Shown: in pieces, positions 1 through 9,161 of the stretch
Numbering within the stretch: the first letter of the stretch is position 1
Layout of the letters: every line of letters begins with the position of its first letter
Assembly (NCBI GenBank): GCA_036567785.1
Contig: DATCTV010000002.1
Span: 23,038 to 87,037 of the forward strand
DNA: 64,000 bases
From: Desulfomonilia bacterium
GTDB taxonomy: Bacteria; Desulfobacterota; Desulfomonilia; UBA1062
Direction of reading: 5' to 3'
Position numbers and translations under genes: made by a program
Notes under the pieces: generated by a model
Databases searched by the model: none
What the model saw: the letters and a program-made list of their open reading frames with translations, nothing else
Told to the model about the DNA's origin: nothing

Positions 1-75
1 AAGACTTACTTTAAATTATAAAATTGGTCAGACCAATATTAGATATCCGAGTTGCCAGTCAGGAGGATATTATTT

Positions 76-510
76 ATGCAGTGGATGATCGAAAGCAATA
101 TTCCTTTGGATGAAACATTAAAGGATGCGGTACTTGACAAAATCGAGGAAGGCACATTTTCAATTGATGACCTGCCCGACTTTTTCGCGGTCTTTACACA
201 ACTCTGCAATTGCACCGAAGACATCCAGGACGAGGTCGAAGGCTTCAACAGAAAGTTCCAGTACAGGATCGACGGTAAGCCCTATGCCTGGATGAAGGTT
301 GAAAACCTTAAATTCTCAATGGGCTCCGGTGAAATTGATTCTCCGGATATAACGCTGGACATGAGTTCATCCCTTGCCGTCGGAATATTCTCGGGCGCAG
401 TGGACCCCACCGCCGCATACATGAACGGAGAACTCAAGGTTGACGGAATAATAAACGACGCCCTGGCCTTCAGAACCATCCTGGACATAGTTCAGGATGA
501 ACTCGAATAA
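76..510 (+). CDS. SCP2 (sterol-carrier) domain-like protein
   Basis: ATG at 76 is 9 nt after AGGAGG (61-66); the track ORF begins at a TTG at 52. The C-terminal '...NGELKVDGIINDALAFRTIL' resembles the SCP-2 sterol-transfer fold motif. The TAA stop lies just before the next RBS. Confidence 0.5.
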   Translation: MQWMIESNIPLDETLKDAVLDKIEEGTFSIDDLPDFFAVFTQLCNCTEDIQDEVEGFNRKFQYRIDGKPYAWMKVENLKFSMGSGEIDSPDITLDMSSSLAVGIFSGAVDPTAAYMNGELKVDGIINDALAFRTILDIVQDELE

Positions 511-527
511 TCTTTAAGGAGCCGGTT

Positions 528-2795
528 ATGAATCACGTCAGATGCGGAGTCATAGGAGGGGGCGGCGCCTGGAGCTTCCACAGCAATGCCTGCGCCGGAT
601 CCGAACTCATAAAATTCACGGCCATATACGACGTAAACATCAAGCAGGCCCGCAAGATGGCCAGGCGTTATCGCGCAAACGAAATGACAGCCTACGCCAA
701 TCTGGATGAGTTCCTCAAAAGTGATATAGATGCCGTACTTGTTCTCGTGCCGCACATGTATCACGAAGGTATTGTCGCTAAATGTGCCGCTGCCGGCAAA
801 CATATCCTCTGTGAAAAACCAATGGCCACGACTATCGAGGGCTGCGACATGATGATAGAAGCGGCGAAAAAGGCCGGAGTCAAGCTTATGATCGCCGAAA
901 ACCACCGCTTTCTGCCGGCGCACAGATACATTCATGACGCGGTTCAGCAGGGTCTCATCGGAGATGTTCTTCTCGTAAGGGCCTATGAAGGCGTAAACGA
1001 GATACCGGGCCTCAGCATGCCCGACTTCTGGAAGGGCGATCCTGTAAAGGCGGGCGGCGGTTCGTTCATAGATATGGCTGCTCACAAGTTTGCAGCAATC
1101 GAATGGATACTGAACGACAGGGTCGAATCCGTCACTGCGATGCTTGCAAAACAGGCGATTAATCTGCCGGAAAAGGCCGAAGACAATGCTCTGTCTATGG
1201 TGAGGTTTGCAGGCGGCCCCATAGCAGATATCACGGTAAGCTTCACGCAAATTACACCGCCGTTCAACAGCCTGGAAATTTACGGCACAAAAGGCACCAT
1301 ACTCGAAAACCACATGTGGGATAAGCCTGTAAGGATATTCTCTCACCACGAGGCAATGGGTGAAAACAAACAGAAATGGTTCGAACCCGACATTGAGCAC
1401 GAGCCTTTTCCCAGATATTACACCATATCGGTCAAATACGAGGACGAGCATTTCGCCAGATGTATCCTTGAAGACAGGGAGCCCGAGTTCACGCCCGAGG
1501 ATGCAAAGAGCGCGATTACCGGTGTGCTGATGGGATACCTCTCGGCTCATACGGGAAAGGCCGCCACCAGAAATGAACTGCATACGCTTGCAAAGGAGAA
1601 AGGCACCCTATCGCTTCTTGAAGACCTCAACCTGCATATTCCCATAAACAGAAACCTGCCGGAGGTGAAACGCATGAAATCCCTCGGATTCAACAAAAAA
1701 AGGGCTGCCGGGATAATGGAGAAGTACGATCTCGACCTCTTCATAGCCACGTCACCAGTCAACGTATACTATCTTACAGGGCTGCCCGTGCTGCATGCCG
1801 AGTCCAACCCCATCCTTTTCGCGCTCAATAACCAGTACCCCAGCATCGCCATGATGAAGCGCGAAGGTGACGTGATGCTTCTCAACTGGGGACTCTTCAG
1901 GAGTGTTGACGATATCTGCTGGGTGGCCGAGCACAGGGACATAAGTTCCCGGAAGGATGTCAGACGCGAGATATGGTCGAAGATAAAGAAATGGGGTCTC
2001 GTCGGCAAGCGTATCGGTGTCGAGTCGGTTGCACCCAAGTACATAACCGATCATATTGCATACAAGAACCCTGATTCGGAAATCGTCTCTGCCGACGGTG
2101 TAATGTTGGATCTGAGAATAATCAAGACCGAAGAGGAAATAGCCTGCATAGAAAAGGCGACCCTTGTTACCGAGAAGGCGATCACGGCCTGCATTGATGC
2201 CGCTGAAGTAGGCATGACGGACAACGATTTCCTCAAGATAGCACGCAGGGTGTTCGTTGACGAGGGTCTCGTCGGCTGGGACCATCTCACCATGAGCATA
2301 GGCGATTCCGATCCCGAACTCCCCGGCACCGGCAGGGTGGTTAAAAACGGCGACATAGTCCGCTTCGACTTCGGGGGAATTTACAAAGGCTATGTGGCTG
2401 ACGTGAACCGTCATGTAGTCATAGGCGGTGTTCCGGATGAAGCCGCCGGACTTGTTGAGAGGCTTATCCTTCTGCAGGAATATTTCGAAAAGCGCGTAAA
2501 ACCCGGGGTCAGCATAAAAGAGCTTAACGATGAGGCCATAGCCTATTACAAAACCATCAAGCCTGACGGGATGACGTTCGCAGTCGGGCACACCATAGGC
2601 CTTGAATGCGAAGAAACTCACCTTTTCGGTACCATGGGATTTCTTGACAGGACATATGAAAAGGGTATGGTCTTCGAAATAGAGGCATGGGAGAATTTCG
2701 GAAACACCCTCATAGGAGTAGAAGACTGCTACGAGGTTACCGGAGACGGGATAAGGAGAATGACAACGCTTGATAAGCGTATGGTCTCAAAGTAA
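528..2795 (+). CDS. Two-domain fusion: N-terminal Gfo/Idh/MocA-family NAD(P)-dependent oxidoreductase and C-terminal creatinase/prolidase-type M24 metallopeptidase
   Basis: RBS AAGGAG at 513-518, ATG at 528. N-terminus 'VRCGVIGGGGAWSFHSNA' is a Rossmann motif and '...EKP' is the Gfo/Idh/MocA signature. From about residue 380 comes a creatinase_N-like segment, then an M24 'pita-bread' domain. The metal ligands appear intact: 'FDFGGIYKGYVADVNRH', 'GHTIGLECEE', 'FEIEAWEN'. Confidence 0.7.
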   Translation: MNHVRCGVIGGGGAWSFHSNACAGSELIKFTAIYDVNIKQARKMARRYRANEMTAYANLDEFLKSDIDAVLVLVPHMYHEGIVAKCAAAGKHILCEKPMATTIEGCDMMIEAAKKAGVKLMIAENHRFLPAHRYIHDAVQQGLIGDVLLVRAYEGVNEIPGLSMPDFWKGDPVKAGGGSFIDMAAHKFAAIEWILNDRVESVTAMLAKQAINLPEKAEDNALSMVRFAGGPIADITVSFTQITPPFNSLEIYGTKGTILENHMWDKPVRIFSHHEAMGENKQKWFEPDIEHEPFPRYYTISVKYEDEHFARCILEDREPEFTPEDAKSAITGVLMGYLSAHTGKAATRNELHTLAKEKGTLSLLEDLNLHIPINRNLPEVKRMKSLGFNKKRAAGIMEKYDLDLFIATSPVNVYYLTGLPVLHAESNPILFALNNQYPSIAMMKREGDVMLLNWGLFRSVDDICWVAEHRDISSRKDVRREIWSKIKKWGLVGKRIGVESVAPKYITDHIAYKNPDSEIVSADGVMLDLRIIKTEEEIACIEKATLVTEKAITACIDAAEVGMTDNDFLKIARRVFVDEGLVGWDHLTMSIGDSDPELPGTGRVVKNGDIVRFDFGGIYKGYVADVNRHVVIGGVPDEAAGLVERLILLQEYFEKRVKPGVSIKELNDEAIAYYKTIKPDGMTFAVGHTIGLECEETHLFGTMGFLDRTYEKGMVFEIEAWENFGNTLIGVEDCYEVTGDGIRRMTTLDKRMVSK

Positions 2796-2864
2796 TCCGG
2801 CCTACGGAAGGCACCTTGCCTCAAAGAAACGTTATTGAACAGTTGAGATACAAGGAGAGGCTCA

Positions 2865-3998
2865 ATGTCAGGCGGATATGACATGACTTCGACATTAAAC
2901 CTTCTTCCTCTTGCGAAGAATTTCAAAAGGAAGCGCTTCAGCAGCTTCGACCGTACCGGAGGCAATCGGGACTGGATAGTCATAAATCCGGGACAATGCA
3001 CGACAATAGCCGACACTTCCGAAACAGGCTGCATCCGCCACATCTGGTGCACCATCGGCAGGGACAGCATCTCGAACAAGTACGACCGGGCATTTCTGCG
3101 CAGGATAATCATACGCATGTTCTGGGACGGGTCGGACAGACCTGCTGTGGAGGCGCCCATAGGCGACTTCTTCGGCATGGGCCACGGCATATGCAGAAAC
3201 TTCGTCTCCGCCCCTCTTCAGATGAGCCCGGAAAACGGCAGGGGGTTCAACTGCTTCTTTCCCATGCCCTTTTCAAATGGGGCCAGGATAGAAGTGGAAA
3301 ACCAGTGCACACATGAAATATCCCTTTATTATTATATAGACTGGGACTGCCATGACAGTCTCGATGAAAATGCGCTCAGATTTCATGCATCATGGAACCG
3401 TGAGCTGACAAAAGGAATATCTGATAAAGGCGTAGGCGGCATGGAGTTCCAGATGGATGGCGTCAATCTCTCCGATAGAGACAATTACCTCATCCTTGAG
3501 GCCGAAGGCACAGGCCATTATGTGGGTTGCAACATCAATATTCACAACCGCCGCGGCTCGTGGTTCTGGGACTGGCCAGGCGAAGGCGATGACATGATAG
3601 TTGTCGATAACGAGCCCTTCCCTCCCGCAATCCACGGCACAGGCACCGAAGACTATGTGAACATGGCCTTCTGCCCGACGCAATATTACTGTGCGCCGTA
3701 CCACGGGCTGATCATGGGCGGCGGGCCAAACTGGGGAGGAAAGATAACATACTACCGCTACCACGTCCTCGACCCCGTACCGTTTACGAAATCCATCCGG
3801 GTTTCCATTGAACACGGGCATGCGAACCGGAGGTCTGACGACTGGTCAAGCACTGCCTACTGGTATCAGAAGGGTACAGGCAATATCAAAAGGGTACCAG
3901 ACGTTACCAAGAGGCTGCCTCTCAAAAACCAGTATTCAGCGAAAAGGCTTTTCGGAGCCCTTATCATGTGGCCTATCTACCGGCTCTTCTTTTCATGA
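2865..3998 (+). CDS. DUF2961-like protein (glycoside hydrolase family 172-like), tentative
   Basis: RBS AAGGAGAGG at 2852-2860, ATG at 2865. A 377-aa soluble protein with acidic/aromatic-rich beta-type sequence ('WDWPGEGDD', 'HGTGTEDYV'), recognised from memory as DUF2961-like. The family assignment is not verifiable here. Confidence 0.4.
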   Translation: MSGGYDMTSTLNLLPLAKNFKRKRFSSFDRTGGNRDWIVINPGQCTTIADTSETGCIRHIWCTIGRDSISNKYDRAFLRRIIIRMFWDGSDRPAVEAPIGDFFGMGHGICRNFVSAPLQMSPENGRGFNCFFPMPFSNGARIEVENQCTHEISLYYYIDWDCHDSLDENALRFHASWNRELTKGISDKGVGGMEFQMDGVNLSDRDNYLILEAEGTGHYVGCNINIHNRRGSWFWDWPGEGDDMIVVDNEPFPPAIHGTGTEDYVNMAFCPTQYYCAPYHGLIMGGGPNWGGKITYYRYHVLDPVPFTKSIRVSIEHGHANRRSDDWSSTAYWYQKGTGNIKRVPDVTKRLPLKNQYSAKRLFGALIMWPIYRLFFS

Positions 3999-4008
3999 GG
4001 GAGAATTC

Positions 4009-6585
4009 ATGCGGGATGAAACGATCAGTCCACGCAACAAGCGATTGAAGGATATGATCCTCGATGCCCCGTACGAGATATGCATCGAAAGGGCTCGGTA
4101 CTACACAGAATCTTACAGAATGACCGAGGGGCTGCATCCGGCTATCCGGGCGGCAATGGCCTTCGAGCACACCCTCAAGAATATGAGCATATATATCCTC
4201 GATGATGAACAGATCGTCGGCAACCGAACATCAAAGCTTATCGCTGCCGCCATACCTGTCGAGAGAGGCGATATCAATACCGTGCTCGAACTCGATCTCG
4301 ACCTGCTCAGAAAAAGGGAAAGCCAGCCATATGTTATTTCAGATGATGAGGTCAGGGAACTGAGAGAGATCATCCTTCCCTACTGGAAAGGAAAGACTAT
4401 CAGGGTCGAAAGAAGGCGCAAAATGAAGGCTGCGGGCCTTATTTTCATCCCTTCGCTCAGGCCTTCGACACTGAAAGCTCTATATAAGAGCCTCGATTTC
4501 AGAAAGATGAGAAAAATTATCGGGCTCCCCGGAAGGAGTCTATCCGAGATTTCGGATACCCTCGTACGGATTCTGCCCCGGAAGATTGCGGATTTTAAGG
4601 TTCCGTTTTTTAATCCCGTATATGCCGTCAAGGGTCTGCGGGAGGTTCTGCTCAACAATCCTGCCTATGTCATGAATTCCTTCGATGTTCAGGGTCACTT
4701 GATACCTGGCCATAAAAACGTTCTCAGAGAAGGCTTCTCAGGTATCCGCAAAAGGGCTGAAAAGCGGCTTTCTGATTCCGAATTCAAGGGTGACAAAGAA
4801 GGCGCTAATTTTCTTAAGGCCGTAATAATCTGTTGTGATGCAATGAGGGACTTTGCACTGCGCTATTCGGTTGAGGCGGAAAGGCTCGCTGAAAACGCAA
4901 ATGAAGAAAGGAGAAGAGAGCTGCTCTCTATCGCAGAGAGATGCCGCCATGTCCCTTACCATCCGCCGCGGGACTTCAGGGAAGCATTACAAGCCTTCTG
5001 GCTCACTCATATAGCAGCCATAATAAGCTATGGCATGCCCGCCATACTTTCCACAGGCCGCCTTGATTCACATTTCGCATCCTTTTATGAAGAGGACCTT
5101 AAAAAAGGAGCTATTACAAAAGAGCAGGCGACAGAACTAATGGAAGAGCTGCTTATAAAACTAGCATGCAATCTGATATTGCTGCCTTACGGCGGCAAAG
5201 CTACGGGAAACGAACTGGGCTCCGACAACTGCACGCCGACCATAGGCGGGTTGAATCCTGACGGGACCGACGGTACAACGGAAATGACTTATGTCGTTCT
5301 AAATGCAGCCGCCAACGTCAAATCAATGGGCAACAGCTTCTCCATAAGGGTGAGCGAAAAATCACCGCCTGAATACTGGCAGAGAATCATCGACATGTAC
5401 AGGAACACGTCAGGACCTGCCCTGTTCAATGACGAGGTTGTAATCGAGGCGCTTACCCAAACAGGCATGAGAATTGAGGATGCCAGGGATTACGCAATCG
5501 TGGGCTGCGTAGAACCTACAGGCGACGGAAACACGTTCGGCTGCACCTCTGGCAATGACATATCGCTTGTTGCCGCGCTTGAGATGGCCCTCTTAAACGG
5601 CAGGCTCAGGATCATGGGCAAAAGGATCGGACCCGCCACAGGCGATCCTGTATGTTTCAGGACTTTCGATGACTTTTTTGAAGCCTATAAAAAACAGATG
5701 TCATTCATGATCTCGGTCATATCCAGGGCAGTAAACATCAAGGATGAATCGTACCGCAGTTCTCTTCCCTCGCCTTTCATATCGTGCACGCTGACCGGCT
5801 GTATTGAAAATGCCAGAGACATGACGTCAGGCGGCGCAAAATATACCTATTCATCAGTGAGCGGACGCGGCCTCGGCACGGCCGCGGATTCGCTCGCTGC
5901 AATAAAGCATTTTGTCTTCGACGAAAAGGTCTTTTCAATGGATGAGCTCGTCTCGATGCTTGACGTCAACTTCAGGGGTTTCGAAAAGGAACGGGCAATG
6001 CTTAAAAACAGAGGGCCGAGATTCGGTGCCGACATTGATGACGCCGATTTTATTGCTGCTGAGATAAGCTCATATTTCTGCACTGAAGTGGGAAAACAGA
6101 AAAACATCTTCGGCACAATGTTCAGGCCGGGCTTCTTTTCTTACGGTATGCACGTCCTGGACGGTCTTTTCCTGGGTGCTACACCTGACGGGCGGCTTTC
6201 AGGCGAACCTGTCAGCAACAGCTTTTCGCCTTCCAACGGCTCTGAAACGAAAGGCCCGACCGCGGTCATGAAATCCGCCTCGAAAATGAACCATACCCTT
6301 ATTTCAAACGGCAATGCGCTCAACGTCAAATTCCTTCCGTCGATGATCACAGGCAGAGAGCGTGCCGACAGGATGATCTCATTGTTCAAAGGCTATTTCA
6401 GACTTGGCGGCATGGAGATCTCCCCCAACTTCATCTCCAGCGAAATGCTGAGAGAAGCACAGATGAGACCTGAGATGTACCGGGACCTTGTCGTGAGAGT
6501 TTCGGGCTATTCAGCATTCTTTACCGATCTCGGCAGGCCGCTTCAGGACGAGATAATAAGCCGCACGGAATTCGGCGGGCTTTAG
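4009..6585 (+). CDS. Glycyl radical enzyme (PFL2/glycerol-dehydratase-like family), GRE1
   Basis: ATG at 4009 is preceded by GAGGGAG; the track ORF 3808..6585 carries a spurious 5' extension that overlaps the upstream gene. The C-terminal glycyl-radical motif 'RVSGYSAFF' has its Gly codon at 6505-6507. The active-site motif 'VGCVEPTGDG' has its Cys codon at 5506-5508, with Glu at +2 as in 1,2-eliminase-type GREs. Length 858 aa. Confidence 0.85.
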   Translation: MRDETISPRNKRLKDMILDAPYEICIERARYYTESYRMTEGLHPAIRAAMAFEHTLKNMSIYILDDEQIVGNRTSKLIAAAIPVERGDINTVLELDLDLLRKRESQPYVISDDEVRELREIILPYWKGKTIRVERRRKMKAAGLIFIPSLRPSTLKALYKSLDFRKMRKIIGLPGRSLSEISDTLVRILPRKIADFKVPFFNPVYAVKGLREVLLNNPAYVMNSFDVQGHLIPGHKNVLREGFSGIRKRAEKRLSDSEFKGDKEGANFLKAVIICCDAMRDFALRYSVEAERLAENANEERRRELLSIAERCRHVPYHPPRDFREALQAFWLTHIAAIISYGMPAILSTGRLDSHFASFYEEDLKKGAITKEQATELMEELLIKLACNLILLPYGGKATGNELGSDNCTPTIGGLNPDGTDGTTEMTYVVLNAAANVKSMGNSFSIRVSEKSPPEYWQRIIDMYRNTSGPALFNDEVVIEALTQTGMRIEDARDYAIVGCVEPTGDGNTFGCTSGNDISLVAALEMALLNGRLRIMGKRIGPATGDPVCFRTFDDFFEAYKKQMSFMISVISRAVNIKDESYRSSLPSPFISCTLTGCIENARDMTSGGAKYTYSSVSGRGLGTAADSLAAIKHFVFDEKVFSMDELVSMLDVNFRGFEKERAMLKNRGPRFGADIDDADFIAAEISSYFCTEVGKQKNIFGTMFRPGFFSYGMHVLDGLFLGATPDGRLSGEPVSNSFSPSNGSETKGPTAVMKSASKMNHTLISNGNALNVKFLPSMITGRERADRMISLFKGYFRLGGMEISPNFISSEMLREAQMRPEMYRDLVVRVSGYSAFFTDLGRPLQDEIISRTEFGGL

Positions 6586-6586
6586 C

Positions 6587-7288
6587 ATGAAGAGAATCTT
6601 GTTTTTTCCCTTATTACTCCTGTTTCTGTCTTGTCCGGTATTGACTTACTCAGCGGACCTTGACCCGCAGAAGGGCGACACCGGATGGATACTGAAATCG
6701 AATGGAAAGGACTACAAGACCTATTACAGAAAAAGAGAAGGCTCCTCCACTCAGGAAGTCCTTCTTGTAGGGATGACGGACAGAAGACCGGAAAAGGTAA
6801 TCGCCGCAATAACGGACTACGGACATTTTCCCGAATTCATGCCTTATGTGAAATACACCAGGCTCGTCCATTCGGAACGCAAATCCGAGGATGTCTTGAT
6901 CAATTATGTTTTTACATACCTTGATGTACCCATACCTTTTGTTTCATCAAGGTTCTATAACCTGAGATATACCGACGTTTACAATTATAAGGGCATACCC
7001 GGCATGTTCAGGTCAGACTGGGTGCTCGAAAAAGGTCCTTACAGGAAACTACCGACCGACCCTGACATCAGGGATTTCCTGAGCGATCCCGAAAGTGCAG
7101 TCGAGACGACGTTCAATCAGGGCTATTTCCTGATCGAGCCCGTGGACGAACTTCTCAGGACGCGAATCACATATTATGTCTGGACAAATCCCGGCGGCAG
7201 CCTCCCGCCATCGGCAGTAAATATTGCAAACACGGTGGCCCTGCCCGGGCTGCTTGAGGCGATTACGAAAAGGGCATCAAAATATTGA
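6587..7288 (+). CDS. Secreted START/SRPBCC (Bet v1-like) lipid-binding domain protein
   Basis: ATG at 6587, 1 nt after the GRE1 stop, which suggests translational coupling. N-terminal signal peptide 'ILFFPLLLLFLSCPVLTYSA'. The C-terminal '...YYVWTNPGGSLPPSAVNIAN...' resembles the START-domain C-terminus. Confidence 0.55.
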   Translation: MKRILFFPLLLLFLSCPVLTYSADLDPQKGDTGWILKSNGKDYKTYYRKREGSSTQEVLLVGMTDRRPEKVIAAITDYGHFPEFMPYVKYTRLVHSERKSEDVLINYVFTYLDVPIPFVSSRFYNLRYTDVYNYKGIPGMFRSDWVLEKGPYRKLPTDPDIRDFLSDPESAVETTFNQGYFLIEPVDELLRTRITYYVWTNPGGSLPPSAVNIANTVALPGLLEAITKRASKY

Positions 7289-7365
7289 TCAAAGACATCA
7301 GTATTTCTTCGAACCTCATCCTTTCAGTCGAAGAGCAATCAGATAAATTTTTAATTTTTTAGATA

Positions 7366-7406
7366 TTGACTTTGTATATTTTATTTCTATATAGATTCTA
7401 TATAGC
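7366..7406 (+). promoter_or_regulatory. Putative sigma70 promoter with tandem palindromic operator upstream of padR
   Basis: TTGACT at 7366-7371, then 17 nt, then TATATA at 7389-7394. The -10 lies inside a perfect palindrome TCTATATAGA (7386-7395), which repeats immediately in tandem (7397-7405). This is the usual geometry of an autoregulatory operator. Confidence 0.45.
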
Positions 7407-7432
7407 TAAGACTATTTAAAATCGGAGGGTTG

Positions 7433-7990
7433 ATGTCGCTGAATTATGCAGTTCTGGGTCTTCTCCAATACCGTGACATGCACGGATACCGCATCAAGGA
7501 ACATCTTGAAAATAATTTCGGTCATATGTGGTCGGTCAACTTCGGCCAGATTTATCCCATATTGAAAGACCTTGAGAAGAAGGGACTCATCAGGATGGCC
7601 AAAGTATCATCTGCAAGCAATCAGGGACCTCAACGCAAACTTTATTCAATAACTGAAAAAGGCCGCGAGGAATTTTTAAAATGGCTCAAGGAGCCCGCTG
7701 ACAAATCAATGCTTCTGCGTGATCCTTTTCTTCTGAAATTCGCATTTTTCGGGTTCGGCGGGCCTGAAGATGCATTGAGAATAATCGACAATCAGATTGC
7801 ATCCTATGAAGCTCAACTTGAAAGGCGTATGAGCAATTCCATAAGATGGGATAACCAGGGGCCGTACGTCAAGCTCCTGTCCAACCTCGGTGTCACATTT
7901 AATGAAATGTATCTCGAATGGCTGAAAGCGGCCAGAAAGCAGATCGAAGAAAACATATCAGATAAGGATTATTTTGCATTGGGTATTTGA
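7433..7990 (+). CDS. PadR-family transcriptional regulator
   Basis: GGAGGG at 7424-7429, ATG at 7433; the track starts at a TTG at 7430. The N-terminal wHTH 'LNYAVLGLLQYRDMHGYRIKEHLE...GQIYPILKDLEKKGLI' is PadR-typical. Confidence 0.8.
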   Translation: MSLNYAVLGLLQYRDMHGYRIKEHLENNFGHMWSVNFGQIYPILKDLEKKGLIRMAKVSSASNQGPQRKLYSITEKGREEFLKWLKEPADKSMLLRDPFLLKFAFFGFGGPEDALRIIDNQIASYEAQLERRMSNSIRWDNQGPYVKLLSNLGVTFNEMYLEWLKAARKQIEENISDKDYFALGI

Positions 7991-8146
7991 AATCTCCCTG
8001 AAGCAAAAATCATTCGTGATGGTACATCTCATCAGGGAGCCACGGAAATACGGGAAGAACGTGCCCCAAACATAAGCCTCAACGAAAATGCAGCAGATGA
8101 CGCTTTAAATGAATAGAGAGTCATAAAGCACGGAAGGAGGTTTAAT

Positions 8147-9142
8147 ATGGAGTTTTCCGGTATCACCCTTGTAACGGGAGCTGCGGGTTTCATGGGCAGC
8201 CACCTTGTTGAATACCTCGCTAAAAAGGGCGTCCGGGTCCGTGCCAGCGCAAGACCCAGGAAAGACCTTTCCTTTTTTGAGAATCTGGGCGTTGAATACG
8301 TCGCCGCAGACCTTACAAAACCAGAGACAATACCGCCACTGTTCAAGGGAGGTGTGGACCGTATTTTTCACCTTGGCGCCATCTGCAATTTCTCGACACC
8401 TTATGAAAAGCTTTATCCGACCAATGTGCTAGGTGTCGATCTTATTACGACGGAAGCGGCCAAGGCCGGCGTAAAATGCTATGTCCATGTCGGTTCCACA
8501 AGTGTTTACGGATATTACAAGGGTACCCCTTTCAGGGAAGACGGGCCGAGAGACCCTCAGGACAGTTACGGAAGGAGCAAGCGCGACGGTGAAGACGTAA
8601 TCTGGCGCAAGATTAAAGAGGGCTTCCCCGCAATCATAACAAGACCCTGCACGGTTTACGGCCCCCGCTGCAATGACGGAGCGGGCAAGGCCTTTTCCAG
8701 ACCCACATCGATCACGGCAATACCCGGAAGCGGCCGCCAGCTGCTTTCAAATATCAGAGCCGAAGATGTCGCAGCTGCAGTAGAACACCTTTCGCACATG
8801 GAAAGCGCCATAGGGCAAGCCTACAATATTGCGGAAGACACCTATCCCTCCATAGGCGAGGCGCTTACGCTCGCTGCTGAAACATTCGGCACGAAGCCCC
8901 CAAGCCTGCACCTGCCCCTGTGGCTGATAAAGGCGGTTGCCAGAATCGACGGTGCTGTTTCTGCAAAAAAAGGCAAAATCCCGGACCTTGAATATGATGC
9001 GGTCAAATACCTTTATTATGATTATGTCGTGGATAACTCAAAGCTCAAGGCAACGGGCTATAAGCTTATTTATCCGGATTTCAGACTGTCAATGGCTCAG
9101 ATGAAGGAATGGTACCGGAATCAATCCGGATCCGCCAGATAA
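8147..9142 (+). CDS. NAD-dependent epimerase/dehydratase family protein (extended SDR)
   Basis: RBS GGAGG at 8135-8139, ATG at 8147. Motif 'ITLVTGAAGFMGSHLVEYL' is the GxxGxxG of the extended-SDR epimerase family. Confidence 0.75.
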   Translation: MEFSGITLVTGAAGFMGSHLVEYLAKKGVRVRASARPRKDLSFFENLGVEYVAADLTKPETIPPLFKGGVDRIFHLGAICNFSTPYEKLYPTNVLGVDLITTEAAKAGVKCYVHVGSTSVYGYYKGTPFREDGPRDPQDSYGRSKRDGEDVIWRKIKEGFPAIITRPCTVYGPRCNDGAGKAFSRPTSITAIPGSGRQLLSNIRAEDVAAAVEHLSHMESAIGQAYNIAEDTYPSIGEALTLAAETFGTKPPSLHLPLWLIKAVARIDGAVSAKKGKIPDLEYDAVKYLYYDYVVDNSKLKATGYKLIYPDFRLSMAQMKEWYRNQSGSAR

Positions 9143-9161
9143 ATTAACAAGGGAGGTTATA

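Noticed and set aside
492-1583. 363-aa minus-strand ORF overlapping the 5' half of 528-2795
   Set aside because: It lies entirely antisense to a gene with strong domain signatures, has no RBS, and its sequence is low-complexity and Arg/Gly-rich. It is a GC-driven shadow ORF. The same applies to 1752-2621 (-), 37259-38005 (-), 31587-32105 (-) and the other long antisense ORFs in the track.
3808-4008. 5' extension of the GRE1 ORF (track start 3808)
   Set aside because: The extension overlaps the 3' end of the DUF2961-like gene in another frame and has no RBS. The ATG at 4009 has GAGGGAG upstream and matches the conserved GRE N-terminus.
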